The notes under the pieces are model-generated. The model did no database searches and had not been told where the DNA came from. It saw only the letters and a program-made list of their open reading frames with translations. From NCBI GenBank assembly GCA_963726265.1, contig CAVSBQ010000002.1, positions 768,001 through 832,000 on the forward strand: a stretch of 64,000 nucleotides of DNA. Direction: 5' to 3'. The stretch comes from Candidatus Aenigmatarchaeota archaeon (GTDB lineage: Archaea; Aenigmatarchaeota; Aenigmatarchaeia; QMZP01; QMZT01). How positions within the stretch are numbered: the first letter of the stretch is position 1; the number at the start of each line of letters is the position of its first letter. Shown here one piece after another: positions 19,172 through 27,816 of the stretch. A program made the translations under genes and the position numbers.

Positions 19172-22100
19172 GCGAACTGACAGAACTCGAGGAAGCGATG
19201 AGGAGCCTCAAGAAGGACAATCTTGAGAAGAAGAGGCTGGTCGCGGAACTCGAGGACGAGAAGAAATACATCGAGGAGCGGAACCGCTACCTCATCGAAA
19301 AGCTCAAGCAGGCCGGCGTGCTTTACGAGGAGTCGGGAAAGCGGCTCATGGATTTCGTTAACGAGAACGTTAAGCCGCTCAAGGCTAAGCTTTCCGAGTT
19401 CGAAGCTATGGCGCAGAAAACCAAGGAATACGAAAAATCCATAGCCGTCGCGCTGAAGCGAATCACTGAATTCGAAGCCATTATCGGCGACTTCAAGAAC
19501 GAGGTCATCAAGGGCGATGAGAAGGAGGCCGGCCTTTCCGGAGAGCTAGGCGAGATGAAGAAGGCGCTTGCCGAGATGGCGAAAAGGATAGCCAGAGTGC
19601 AGACCTTCGGCTCCGAGGAGCTTGGCGAGAAGGTCGAGGAGATTAAAGCGAAGTTCGGCGAGGACACGAGGAAGATAGAGGACGAGTTCAGCGTGCTCAA
19701 GCTGGGCGTGGGCAGCGCGATAGACAACTTCAAGAAGGAGTTCGAACGCCAGGCGAACGCCCTCCGCAACGAGATGGAGAAGGTCGACATAAAGAAGGCC
19801 AAAGAGCTGGGCGACGCGCTCGCGCAAGTGGCAGAGGAGCTGAACAAAACCAAGACCGATTTCTCGAAATCGATGGTTATGCTTGAAAAGTCAGTCGAGA
19901 AGCTCGACATGAAGAAGACGAAGGAAATGGACACGACTCTCACGACCCTTTCATCCAGCCTCGACGAACGCTTCGGCAACCTGGCGGCGGACGTCGAGAA
20001 GCGCGTCGAGCAGGCGGAGAGCGAGCTCAAGGGGTTCAGGGTCGACCTCGAAAAGACGCTGGGGAAAACCAAGCTCGAGGCGCGGGACTTCATGGACGTG
20101 AAGGCGAAGGAGTTCGACTCGCTTCTGCAGGAACTCAAGGCGAAAATGAACGAGCAGCTCAAGGTTTCTTCCGAGCAGTGGAGCAAGAACCTCGGCACCC
20201 TCAGGACGGATCTCATAGTCACCAAGAAGGAAGTTGAAAAGCTCATAGCCACGATAAACAGGAAAGTCGAGCTGGGCGAGGAGAGAAGGGAGAAGAAGCT
20301 CGAAGCCGGCTTCGCGCACATGAACGCCTCTGTCGCCAAAAGGCTCGACGACGAGACGGAGCAGATTTACGGCCAGCTGGGCGACATAACCGGCAGCATC
20401 GAGGACCTGAAGGCGAACCTCGACAAGAAGGTCATGGACACGGAAAAGGAGATGGCGAGGTTCAAGGTGGAACTCGAGAAAACGCTGGGAAAAGCGAAGG
20501 TCGATACGCGCGACTTCGTCGCGTCCAAGGCGAAGGAGTTCGATGCCGTCCTGGCGGGGATGAAGGCCAAGGTCGACGATCAGGTGGCGGCCTCGGCATC
20601 TGTCTGGGACAAGAACCTCGGCGCGCTGAGGTCGGATCTGGTGAGCACGCAAGAGGAAGTCGAGAAGCTCATCGGCTCGATAAACAGGAAAGTCGAGCTC
20701 GGCGAGGAGCGGAGGGAGAAGAAGCTCGACGCCGCAACCTTAGCGATACAGACCTCACTTTCCAAAAAAATCGACGCGGCCGCCGACGAAATTTACGCCA
20801 AGGTCGACGACATAGACGGGAACGTCGATGCCTTTAAGGAAGGCACGACCAAAACGATAGACTCTCTGAGGAAGGCAATCGATCTCGGAGAGGTGAAGAG
20901 AAAAGAGGACATAGACAAGATAATAAAGAACTTCATGGTTGTCAAGGGCGAGGTGGACGAGAAGATACGCGAGGTTTCAGCCGGGCTTGATAAATTTTCA
21001 AAGACTTCCGAGGTTCTCCGCCGCCAGATAACTAAGGAAAGCCTAGCCGGCGTGCAGGAAAGGGTCAAGGCGATAATCGCCGAGCTCGAGAAGAAGTTCG
21101 AGGTAGTCGAGGACGGGATCATTGACAAGATAGCGACCCTCGAAAGCGACGTGGACGAGCTTAATGCCGGCTTCCAGGGCATCGCCAACTCCGTCAAGAC
21201 GGAAACTGAAAGGAAGCTGGATTTTCTCAGGAAGGAGTTCGAGAAGCGCGACATAGCGAGGGATAAAGGCGTCGACTCGTTCGCCAAGACGCTCCAGAAG
21301 ACGGTCGACGCGAAATTCGACTCGCTCATCACGAAAATGGACGCGAGGCTCAAGGAGACGGAGGACGAAACGAATTCCGTCAGGAAAGACGTCGACAGCT
21401 TCACAGTCGACCTCAGCGAGAAGTTCGACTCCATCATAAGCAGCAAATCGAAAAATTTCGAGAAGATGATGGAAGCGCTTGTCACCCAGACGAAAGCCAT
21501 ACAGAAGGACGTCAACCTTACCATAAACGATTTCAAGAAAGAAGTCGAAAGAAGCGATATCCACAAGAAGGCCGAGATAGAGAGGTTCCTCAAGGAATTC
21601 GTCGTCGAGAGGGGCAGGATAGAGGAGAAGATAAAGCAGGTCGATGCGAAGCTTTCCGAGTTCTCGGCGATGAGAAAAGAGTTGAAGAAGGAGATATACA
21701 ACGAGAGCCTTGCCGGCGTAAACCAGCGGGTAAAGGACATAATAGAAGGCATAGAGGAGAGGTTCGGGAACTCGCGCAATGAAATGGAAAACAGGGTCTC
21801 GGAGCTGATGAAGAGCGTCGACATGAGGGTCAGGGAGACCGAGGCCAGCCTTAACGGCATAAAGGCCGAAATGGGCAGGACGACCGGAAAGCTGCGCGAC
21901 GACGTGGACAAGATTACGGGCAAGAAGGCCGGCGAGGTCGACAGGGTCGCGGCAAAGCTGAGGACTGACGTGGACGTAAGGGTAAAGGCAACGACGTCCG
22001 AGCTTTACGAAAGCATGGACGCGGTAAAGAATGACATAGTCATGCTGAAAGGCGGCCTGGAGAAACAGGTCGCATCACTCAGGAAGGAGATAGAGCTGGG

Positions 22101-22503
22101 CGAGGCCAAGAGGAGCGACAAGGTCGAGAAAACGAAAGCCGCCGCTGACAGGGAGGTAAAGGTCAGGCTCGACGAATTCTCTGCCAGAACCGAGGCCAGG
22201 ATAAGGGCCTCCGAAGCCGAGCTCAAAGCCCTCAGGGCAGAGCTGGCCGGCGTTGTGGAAAAGCTGAGGGACAGGTTCGATGAAATAATAGAGGAGAAGT
22301 CAGAGACGTTCGAGACGACCATGGATGGCGTGGTCCAGAAATCCGAGAAGGCGAAAAAGGACGCGGAAGCGCTGGTGGAAAACCTGAAGGCGAAATTCCA
22401 GGTCAGGAGAGAAGGAAAGATGGAGGGAGATAGACAAGTCACTCAAAGAGCTCATGTTTGCCAAGGGAGAGATGGAGAGAAGGCTCAAGGAAATCGACGC
22501 TGA
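19168..22503 (+). CDS. Very long coiled-coil/amphipathic repeat protein, main part; continues after a frameshift into 22454-22993
   Basis: 142-aa and 222-aa internal repeats with no Walker motifs. The sequence turns non-helical after ~22410 while another frame continues the repeat. Confidence 0.8.
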   Translation: MSELTELEEAMRSLKKDNLEKKRLVAELEDEKKYIEERNRYLIEKLKQAGVLYEESGKRLMDFVNENVKPLKAKLSEFEAMAQKTKEYEKSIAVALKRITEFEAIIGDFKNEVIKGDEKEAGLSGELGEMKKALAEMAKRIARVQTFGSEELGEKVEEIKAKFGEDTRKIEDEFSVLKLGVGSAIDNFKKEFERQANALRNEMEKVDIKKAKELGDALAQVAEELNKTKTDFSKSMVMLEKSVEKLDMKKTKEMDTTLTTLSSSLDERFGNLAADVEKRVEQAESELKGFRVDLEKTLGKTKLEARDFMDVKAKEFDSLLQELKAKMNEQLKVSSEQWSKNLGTLRTDLIVTKKEVEKLIATINRKVELGEERREKKLEAGFAHMNASVAKRLDDETEQIYGQLGDITGSIEDLKANLDKKVMDTEKEMARFKVELEKTLGKAKVDTRDFVASKAKEFDAVLAGMKAKVDDQVAASASVWDKNLGALRSDLVSTQEEVEKLIGSINRKVELGEERREKKLDAATLAIQTSLSKKIDAAADEIYAKVDDIDGNVDAFKEGTTKTIDSLRKAIDLGEVKRKEDIDKIIKNFMVVKGEVDEKIREVSAGLDKFSKTSEVLRRQITKESLAGVQERVKAIIAELEKKFEVVEDGIIDKIATLESDVDELNAGFQGIANSVKTETERKLDFLRKEFEKRDIARDKGVDSFAKTLQKTVDAKFDSLITKMDARLKETEDETNSVRKDVDSFTVDLSEKFDSIISSKSKNFEKMMEALVTQTKAIQKDVNLTINDFKKEVERSDIHKKAEIERFLKEFVVERGRIEEKIKQVDAKLSEFSAMRKELKKEIYNESLAGVNQRVKDIIEGIEERFGNSRNEMENRVSELMKSVDMRVRETEASLNGIKAEMGRTTGKLRDDVDKITGKKAGEVDRVAAKLRTDVDVRVKATTSELYESMDAVKNDIVMLKGGLEKQVASLRKEIELGEAKRSDKVEKTKAAADREVKVRLDEFSARTEARIRASEAELKALRAELAGVVEKLRDRFDEIIEEKSETFETTMDGVVQKSEKAKKDAEALVENLKAKFQVRREGKMEGDRQVTQRAHVCQGRDGEKAQGNRR

Positions 22504-22993
22504 AATGCTCAAATTCTCAGAAACCAGGGCGTCTCTCAAGGCCGATGTCATGAAAGACACCTCGTCCCTGATGGACAACAGGCTCTCCTCGTTCTCCGAT
22601 TACAAAAAGACCGAGATAACCGATGCGAAGAAGGCGCTCAAGGGAGATATGCTTGAAATGCGCGATACCGTGACGAAGCTCCTGGACAAGCTGGAAAGGC
22701 TTAACGAGAAAACGAACGCGACAAGGGAAGATCTGGTCACAGTCAAGAGAGCAAGGGTGCTGGTCATAGAGAACGTGAAATCCATAAGCAAGACCGTCGA
22801 AGAGAATGTCGACGTCCGCCTCAGGGATTTCATGAAGGACATGGAGAAGCGCATGCGCACGCAGGAGGCGGCGCTCAACTCGAAGATGGAGACGGTGGAA
22901 AAGAAAGTGGCTTCTGTTTCTGAAAGCGTTTCAAAAGCCAACAAGGAGAAGGAAGAGCAGCTTGAAGAACTTCTCAGGCATGTGGAATCATGA
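22454..22993 (+). CDS. C-terminal segment of the preceding coiled-coil protein (frameshift near 22410)
   Basis: This frame reads EIDKSLKELMFAKGEMERRLKEIDAEMLKFS, matching the upstream repeats DIDKIIKNFMVVKGEVDEKIREV and EIERFLKEFVVERGRIEEKIKQV. Confidence 0.7.
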   Translation: MFAKGEMERRLKEIDAEMLKFSETRASLKADVMKDTSSLMDNRLSSFSDYKKTEITDAKKALKGDMLEMRDTVTKLLDKLERLNEKTNATREDLVTVKRARVLVIENVKSISKTVEENVDVRLRDFMKDMEKRMRTQEAALNSKMETVEKKVASVSESVSKANKEKEEQLEELLRHVES

Positions 22994-24183
22994 ACGGCAA
23001 GGTAGACAAGATAAAGGCAAGGATAAACGAGATAAAACGCGAGAAGGAAGAGCTTAGGCAGAAGCATGATTACATAATCGAGCAGGTGAAGAAGGCGTCT
23101 GATGCGAACGCGAAGGATGTGCAGTTCCTTAAAAACGAAGTCACGGGCATCCAGAACAGGCTGGAAAGGAAGGACGAGAGCATGACTGGCATGCGCTCGT
23201 TCATGAACTCGCTCGATAAAAAGCTTTCCGTCCTCGAGAGCAGGCACGCCGCCATGAAAGAGCGGATGGAAGAGGAGATGAAAATCGCCGAAAGGGAGTT
23301 GGGTTCCGAGCTCAACGAAAAGGCCAAGGCGATAAACTTGAACATGTCCGCCCAGCTCAGGGAATCGCTTTCGAAGTCTCTCAGGGATGTCCAGGCCGTC
23401 AAGGACGCGCTAAAGAAGGCCGAAGAAAGGAACGGCGAACACGACACGGACATCTCCAGGCTGATAGCGGAAAGGAACAACATAAGCAAGGCGCTCTCCG
23501 AACTTGAGGGCAGGAACGATGCCATAAAAAATACCATCAGTGAGAAAATAAGCGCCATAGAAAAGGCGATGATGACGGAAATAGCCAATGCCAAGGCGCT
23601 TGAAGCCCGCCTGGACAAGGACGTGAAGGATTTCGAGAAGTTCGCGAGCGGCCAGAAATCGAGGATGGCGGAATTCGAGGCGAGCGTGCTCGGCAAGATA
23701 GACATGTTCGCCCTGAACAGGGAAAACCTCAAAAGAGATTTCGCCTCGCTGTCGACGGACTTCAAGAACCTGCTGGCTCACATAGATTCCATAAAGGAAA
23801 AATACGCCTTTGTCGAGAACCGTCTAAAAAATGCGGAGCTGGGCCTCGAGAATTTCAAGAAGAGCAGCGACGAGCTTTTTGCGGAGCTGCGCTCGGAGCA
23901 GAAGGGCTTCAGGGAGGATATTGTAGCGAAGCTCAACGAGGCGAACGAAAAAATCGTCGGCCGCCTGGCTCAGGACGAAAGCAAGAGCGCGTCCGAAATC
24001 GCGAAGCAGGCCGATGAAATAAAGGTCTTCCGGGCGCACATGACCCAGTTCATAAACGATTTCGTGAACAACTACGAGAAGCGCTTCGAGAAGATGAAGA
24101 GCGACATGGACCAGGCCCTCGGGACAATGGAGCAGCACGCGAAGGAGCAGGCACGCCAGCCCAGAGCGGTGATATTCGAATAA
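22990..24183 (+). CDS. Coiled-coil protein
   Basis: Continuous heptad-like E/K/L pattern and ATGA overlap with the upstream gene. T-rich tract after the stop. Confidence 0.8.
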   Translation: MNGKVDKIKARINEIKREKEELRQKHDYIIEQVKKASDANAKDVQFLKNEVTGIQNRLERKDESMTGMRSFMNSLDKKLSVLESRHAAMKERMEEEMKIAERELGSELNEKAKAINLNMSAQLRESLSKSLRDVQAVKDALKKAEERNGEHDTDISRLIAERNNISKALSELEGRNDAIKNTISEKISAIEKAMMTEIANAKALEARLDKDVKDFEKFASGQKSRMAEFEASVLGKIDMFALNRENLKRDFASLSTDFKNLLAHIDSIKEKYAFVENRLKNAELGLENFKKSSDELFAELRSEQKGFREDIVAKLNEANEKIVGRLAQDESKSASEIAKQADEIKVFRAHMTQFINDFVNNYEKRFEKMKSDMDQALGTMEQHAKEQARQPRAVIFE

Positions 24184-24211
24184 AATCAGTTTAGGCCTGA
24201 CTTTTTTATGC

Positions 24212-24478
24212 TTATTCAACGCCCTTGTTTTTGAAAAGGTATACCGCGCCTATCGCGACTATGACTATGAATATCGCGGCGAGCACGACGTCGAATGACT
24301 GCGAGAAAAGGCCGATGCTCGCGGTCGCCTTGTTTATGCTCTCAACGGCCCTGCCTTCAAGGCCTCTCTGGAACTGGCCGAAGGCGAGGAGGCTGACCGA
24401 GACCGCAAAGACTATGACAATCCCGTAGATGAACATGAGATAACTTGCCTTGGCTCGCTTCGTTTCTTTCACTCCCAT
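24212..24478 (-). CDS. Small two-TM membrane protein
   Basis: Basic N-terminus and two hydrophobic segments. GGAG RBS upstream. Confidence 0.65.
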   Translation of the reverse strand: MGVKETKRAKASYLMFIYGIVIVFAVSVSLLAFGQFQRGLEGRAVESINKATASIGLFSQSFDVVLAAIFIVIVAIGAVYLFKNKGVE

Positions 24479-24522
24479 GATAATTAATTCTCCTGCAAAT
24501 TTTAAATAGAATACGCACCTTT

Positions 24523-25449
24523 CTATTCCAGTATCTCCGCCTTGTCTATGATGCCGTCGCCGTCCATGTCATACCCTCTCACGACGCGCGAGATTTTGGA
24601 ATGGTCGAAGCGGTTGCCTTTAAGGATTCTTTCTGGGTCGCTCATGAAGGCGAGTATTGCCGCCCTCGTCCCCGGGAAGCGCTTGCCTGCGAATACGAGT
24701 ATCTTTTTCGTCCGGTTCCACGGATTCTCGACAAGATTTATCGAGCCGAACTGGTCGTCCCTGTAGACGTTGTTCGAAATGCGCGATATGATGTCCCTTT
24801 TGTTAAGGTCGAAATTCACGGGCAGCATTTTGTTGAGCCGCCTGGTTATCATGTTGACCACGGGCCCGCCGACGAGTATGAGATTCCCTTTCATGTCCTT
24901 TTCCCGCATCTCGATGTCGAGCTTGTAGTTGGGCGTTACGCGTTCACTCGCTAAAGAACCGAGGAACAACGCCAAGTCTATCGCCGTCGGCGAATCCAAC
25001 GCGCGTTCTTTCCATGGCCCGTGCGGGTCAGGCGAGCCGATGACGATGGTGAAGTCGATTTTGCCGTGGCGTATGAAGGGCTCCAGCGATTTTTTATGAG
25101 CAGGCGCGGCCGCTTCCAGTTTCTCCCATTTCGCCTCGCCGAGCTTGAACGCAAATGCCTTCTCCTTCGCCTGATAGAATTTCGCCAGCGTCCCCTTCCT
25201 TTTCTCGCTTCTTACCTCCTCCACGAGGCCGTGCTCCTTGAACTTGTTTATGTAATAGTAAACCTTCTGCTCGTGCTCCCCCATCTTCCTTGCTATGTCT
25301 ATCGGGCATCGCGGCGAGGCGAGCGCCTGAAAAATTTTGAAGCCGAGCGGGTTTGACAGCACTTTAAGCGCGTCTGGCCTCTCGAATAGCCTCGCGGGCA
25401 TTATTTCATTGGCTTTCCCAGTTCGCATGATGTAGTGTCTTTCACCCAT
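24523..25449 (-). CDS. ArsR-like winged-HTH transcriptional regulator with C-terminal alpha/beta domain
   Basis: ALKVLSNPLGFKIF...DIARKMGEHEQKVYYYINKFKEHGLV HTH. C-terminal NLILVGGPVVN and DMDGDG motifs. Divergent from glmS. Confidence 0.8.
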   Translation of the reverse strand: MGERHYIMRTGKANEIMPARLFERPDALKVLSNPLGFKIFQALASPRCPIDIARKMGEHEQKVYYYINKFKEHGLVEEVRSEKRKGTLAKFYQAKEKAFAFKLGEAKWEKLEAAAPAHKKSLEPFIRHGKIDFTIVIGSPDPHGPWKERALDSPTAIDLALFLGSLASERVTPNYKLDIEMREKDMKGNLILVGGPVVNMITRRLNKMLPVNFDLNKRDIISRISNNVYRDDQFGSINLVENPWNRTKKILVFAGKRFPGTRAAILAFMSDPERILKGNRFDHSKISRVVRGYDMDGDGIIDKAEILE

Positions 25450-25495
25450 GGCATCACATATACTATGGTTTTTTTTGTAATATTTAAACTTTTGT

Positions 25496-25560
25496 TTTAA
25501 TAAAGCATTTAAATAACCCGGCGTGCAAGATGAATGTTATGAAAATTTCTTTAATAAAGC
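25496..25560. promoter_or_regulatory. Two copies of near-palindromic TTTAATAAAGC in the divergent regulator/glmS promoter
   Basis: Copies at 25496-25506 and 25550-25560, each directly followed by a TATA-like element (ATTTAAATA, TTTATAT). Confidence 0.45.
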
Positions 25561-25589
25561 GTTTATATGGGCGGGGAGAATGAATTTTC

Positions 25590-27356
25590 ATGTGCGGCAT
25601 AATCGGCTACGTGGGAGCGAAGGAAGCGACCAAGATACTTTTTGATGCTCTGAGGCGCCTGGAATATCGCGGATACGACTCATACGGCTTCGCCACGCTG
25701 GACAAAGGAAAGCTGTGGATAAGGAAAAGCAAGGGCAAGATAAGCGAGGCCGGCTTCGAGAAACTGCCCGGATCGGTCGGAATCGCGCACACGAGATGGG
25801 CGACCCACGGAAAAGTTTCGAAAGCAAATGCCCACCCCCATGTCGACTGCGAGAAGCGCATCGCGATCATACACAACGGCATAATAGAGAATTTCGAGGC
25901 CCTGAAAAAGGACCTTGTGAAAAAAGGCCACATTTTCAAGTCCGATACGGACAGCGAAATAATATCGCACCTCATAGAGGACAACCTGGACCTCGGCTTT
26001 CCCGGGGCCGTGAGAAGGACCATGCGGCTCCTGAAAGGACGGTCATCCATTCTTGCCATCAAGGACGATTTCGACGGCATAGTGGCAGCGAGGAACGGCT
26101 CTCCGCTCATCCTGGGCGCGGGCAAGGGCGAGTATTTCATCGCTTCCGACGTTCCCGCTTTCCTGAACAGGACGAAAGACGTCATGTATCTGGACGACGG
26201 CGAGATGGTCCTGATGGAGCGCGGCAGGAAGCCGCAGTTCATCAGCATGGAGAGCGGCAGGACCGTAAAAAAGAGGATAATAAGAATAGACTGGGCCGCG
26301 AAGCAGGCGGAGAAAGGCGACTACGAGCATTTCATGATAAAGGAGATAATGGAGCAGAAGGAAACTATAATACGCGCCATAAACCAGAACGACGCCGAGA
26401 TAAAGAGGGTGGCGAAGGAGATAAACAGGGCGTATGGCGTGTTCCTCACGGGTTGCGGGACGGCGGGGAACGTATGCCACACGGGTGAATACATTTTTTC
26501 CAAGATTGCCGGGAAGCACGTCAATTTCATCGTGTCCTCGGAGTTCCCCAATTACAAGGATTTCCTCACTAGGAAAACGCTTCTCATAACGGTCTCGCAA
26601 AGCGGCGAGACCGCCGACGTCCTAGAGGCGGTGAAGGCGGCTAAGGAGAAGGGAGTGAGGGTCATATCCCTCGTGAACGTGCGCGGCTCTTCGCTGGACC
26701 GCATGTCCGACTTCACGTTCCACATACATGCAGGGCCCGAGAAGGCGGTGGCCTCGACCAAGGCGACGACCGCGCAGCTCGCCATACTTTACCTTCTCGC
26801 GTATGCGTGCGCTGGCAGGGTGGCCGAGGGCAAGATGCTCCTGCTTGACACCGCCTCGAAGATAAACGACATGCTCAACCCCAGGTATGAGGACAGGATA
26901 AAGAAACTTGCAAGAATGATGCACAGGAAGAGAGACATATACATCATAGCGCGCTCGCTAAACTATCCCATGGCAATGGAAGCCGCCATAAAGGTCATGG
27001 AAGTCAGCTACATCCACGCGCACGGCTTTGCCGGCGGCGAGCTCAAGCACGGCCCGATCGCGCTGATAAAAAAAGGGACGCCCTGCATAGTCCTGACCGG
27101 AGGCAGTTCAGACCACGCGGAGCACGACATAATAAACAACGCCATGGAAGTCAAGGCCAGGGGCGGCTTCATGATAGGCGTCGGGCCGAAAAAATACGAC
27201 GTCTTCGATTTCTGGATAAGGACGCCCGACGTCGGCTTGGCCTCGCCGATGGTCAACATCATCCCCATACAGCTTCTCGCATACCACCTGGGCAGGCACA
27301 GGGGCTGCGAAATTGATACCCCGCGCAACCTCGCCAAATCCGTAACGGTCAAGTAG
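25590..27356 (+). CDS. glmS: Glutamine--fructose-6-phosphate transaminase (isomerizing)
   Basis: MCGIIG N-terminal nucleophile, LEYRGYDS, HTRWATHG, SQSGET, ELKHGP and C-terminal PRNLAKSVTV. Confidence 0.97.
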   Translation: MCGIIGYVGAKEATKILFDALRRLEYRGYDSYGFATLDKGKLWIRKSKGKISEAGFEKLPGSVGIAHTRWATHGKVSKANAHPHVDCEKRIAIIHNGIIENFEALKKDLVKKGHIFKSDTDSEIISHLIEDNLDLGFPGAVRRTMRLLKGRSSILAIKDDFDGIVAARNGSPLILGAGKGEYFIASDVPAFLNRTKDVMYLDDGEMVLMERGRKPQFISMESGRTVKKRIIRIDWAAKQAEKGDYEHFMIKEIMEQKETIIRAINQNDAEIKRVAKEINRAYGVFLTGCGTAGNVCHTGEYIFSKIAGKHVNFIVSSEFPNYKDFLTRKTLLITVSQSGETADVLEAVKAAKEKGVRVISLVNVRGSSLDRMSDFTFHIHAGPEKAVASTKATTAQLAILYLLAYACAGRVAEGKMLLLDTASKINDMLNPRYEDRIKKLARMMHRKRDIYIIARSLNYPMAMEAAIKVMEVSYIHAHGFAGGELKHGPIALIKKGTPCIVLTGGSSDHAEHDIINNAMEVKARGGFMIGVGPKKYDVFDFWIRTPDVGLASPMVNIIPIQLLAYHLGRHRGCEIDTPRNLAKSVTVK

Positions 27357-27387
27357 GTTTAAAAGCCGCTGCGGACAAATTATTATT

Positions 27388-27816
27388 ATGGCAGCAGACG
27401 CAATCACCAATCTGGTTTCAAGCCTGGGTGTCGATTTCACCCATCCGATAACACTGGCCATAAACCTGATATTGTCCACCATAATCGGGGGCATCGTGCT
27501 GCTGATACTGGTGGAGATATTCGGCAAGAAATTCAAGGAAAGCGTCCATCCTGTAAATGCGTTCGTGGTGGTCCTGATAATAAACATCATCAACCTGCTC
27601 GGGGTCACGGCTTTTATAATGCCCTACATATCATCCGTTCCGCTCGTCGGCGTTATTCTCCCGGCCGTGATATGGGTAGTGCTCATAAAGCTGTTCTTCA
27701 AGGAAATGAAAATCACGCACGCTTTGCTGGTGGGCATAATAGGATACGCGCTCAGCATATACGTCATACCGTATCTTGTCGCACTGGCCAGCGGTTTCGT
27801 GCCTAGCTTCGGTTGA
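27388..27816 (+). CDS. Four-TM membrane protein
   Basis: Four hydrophobic segments in 142 aa. Confidence 0.75.
   Translation: MAADAITNLVSSLGVDFTHPITLAINLILSTIIGGIVLLILVEIFGKKFKESVHPVNAFVVVLIINIINLLGVTAFIMPYISSVPLVGVILPAVIWVVLIKLFFKEMKITHALLVGIIGYALSIYVIPYLVALASGFVPSFG

Noticed and set aside
18567..20720. CRISPR array or DGR template/variable repeats
   Set aside because: The repeats are in-frame coding duplications with only two copies. There are no spacers, cas genes, reverse transcriptase or adenine-specific mismatches.
17234..24183. SMC/Rad50 or chemoreceptor genes
   Set aside because: No Walker A/B, signature, hinge or zinc-hook motifs, and no MCP signalling hairpin. Only generic coiled-coil character.
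6404..24219. Long antisense ORFs (e.g. 6404-7624, 19323-20339, 20793-21923)
   Set aside because: These are shadows of GC3-rich sense genes, with S/F/L-rich translations lacking motifs.
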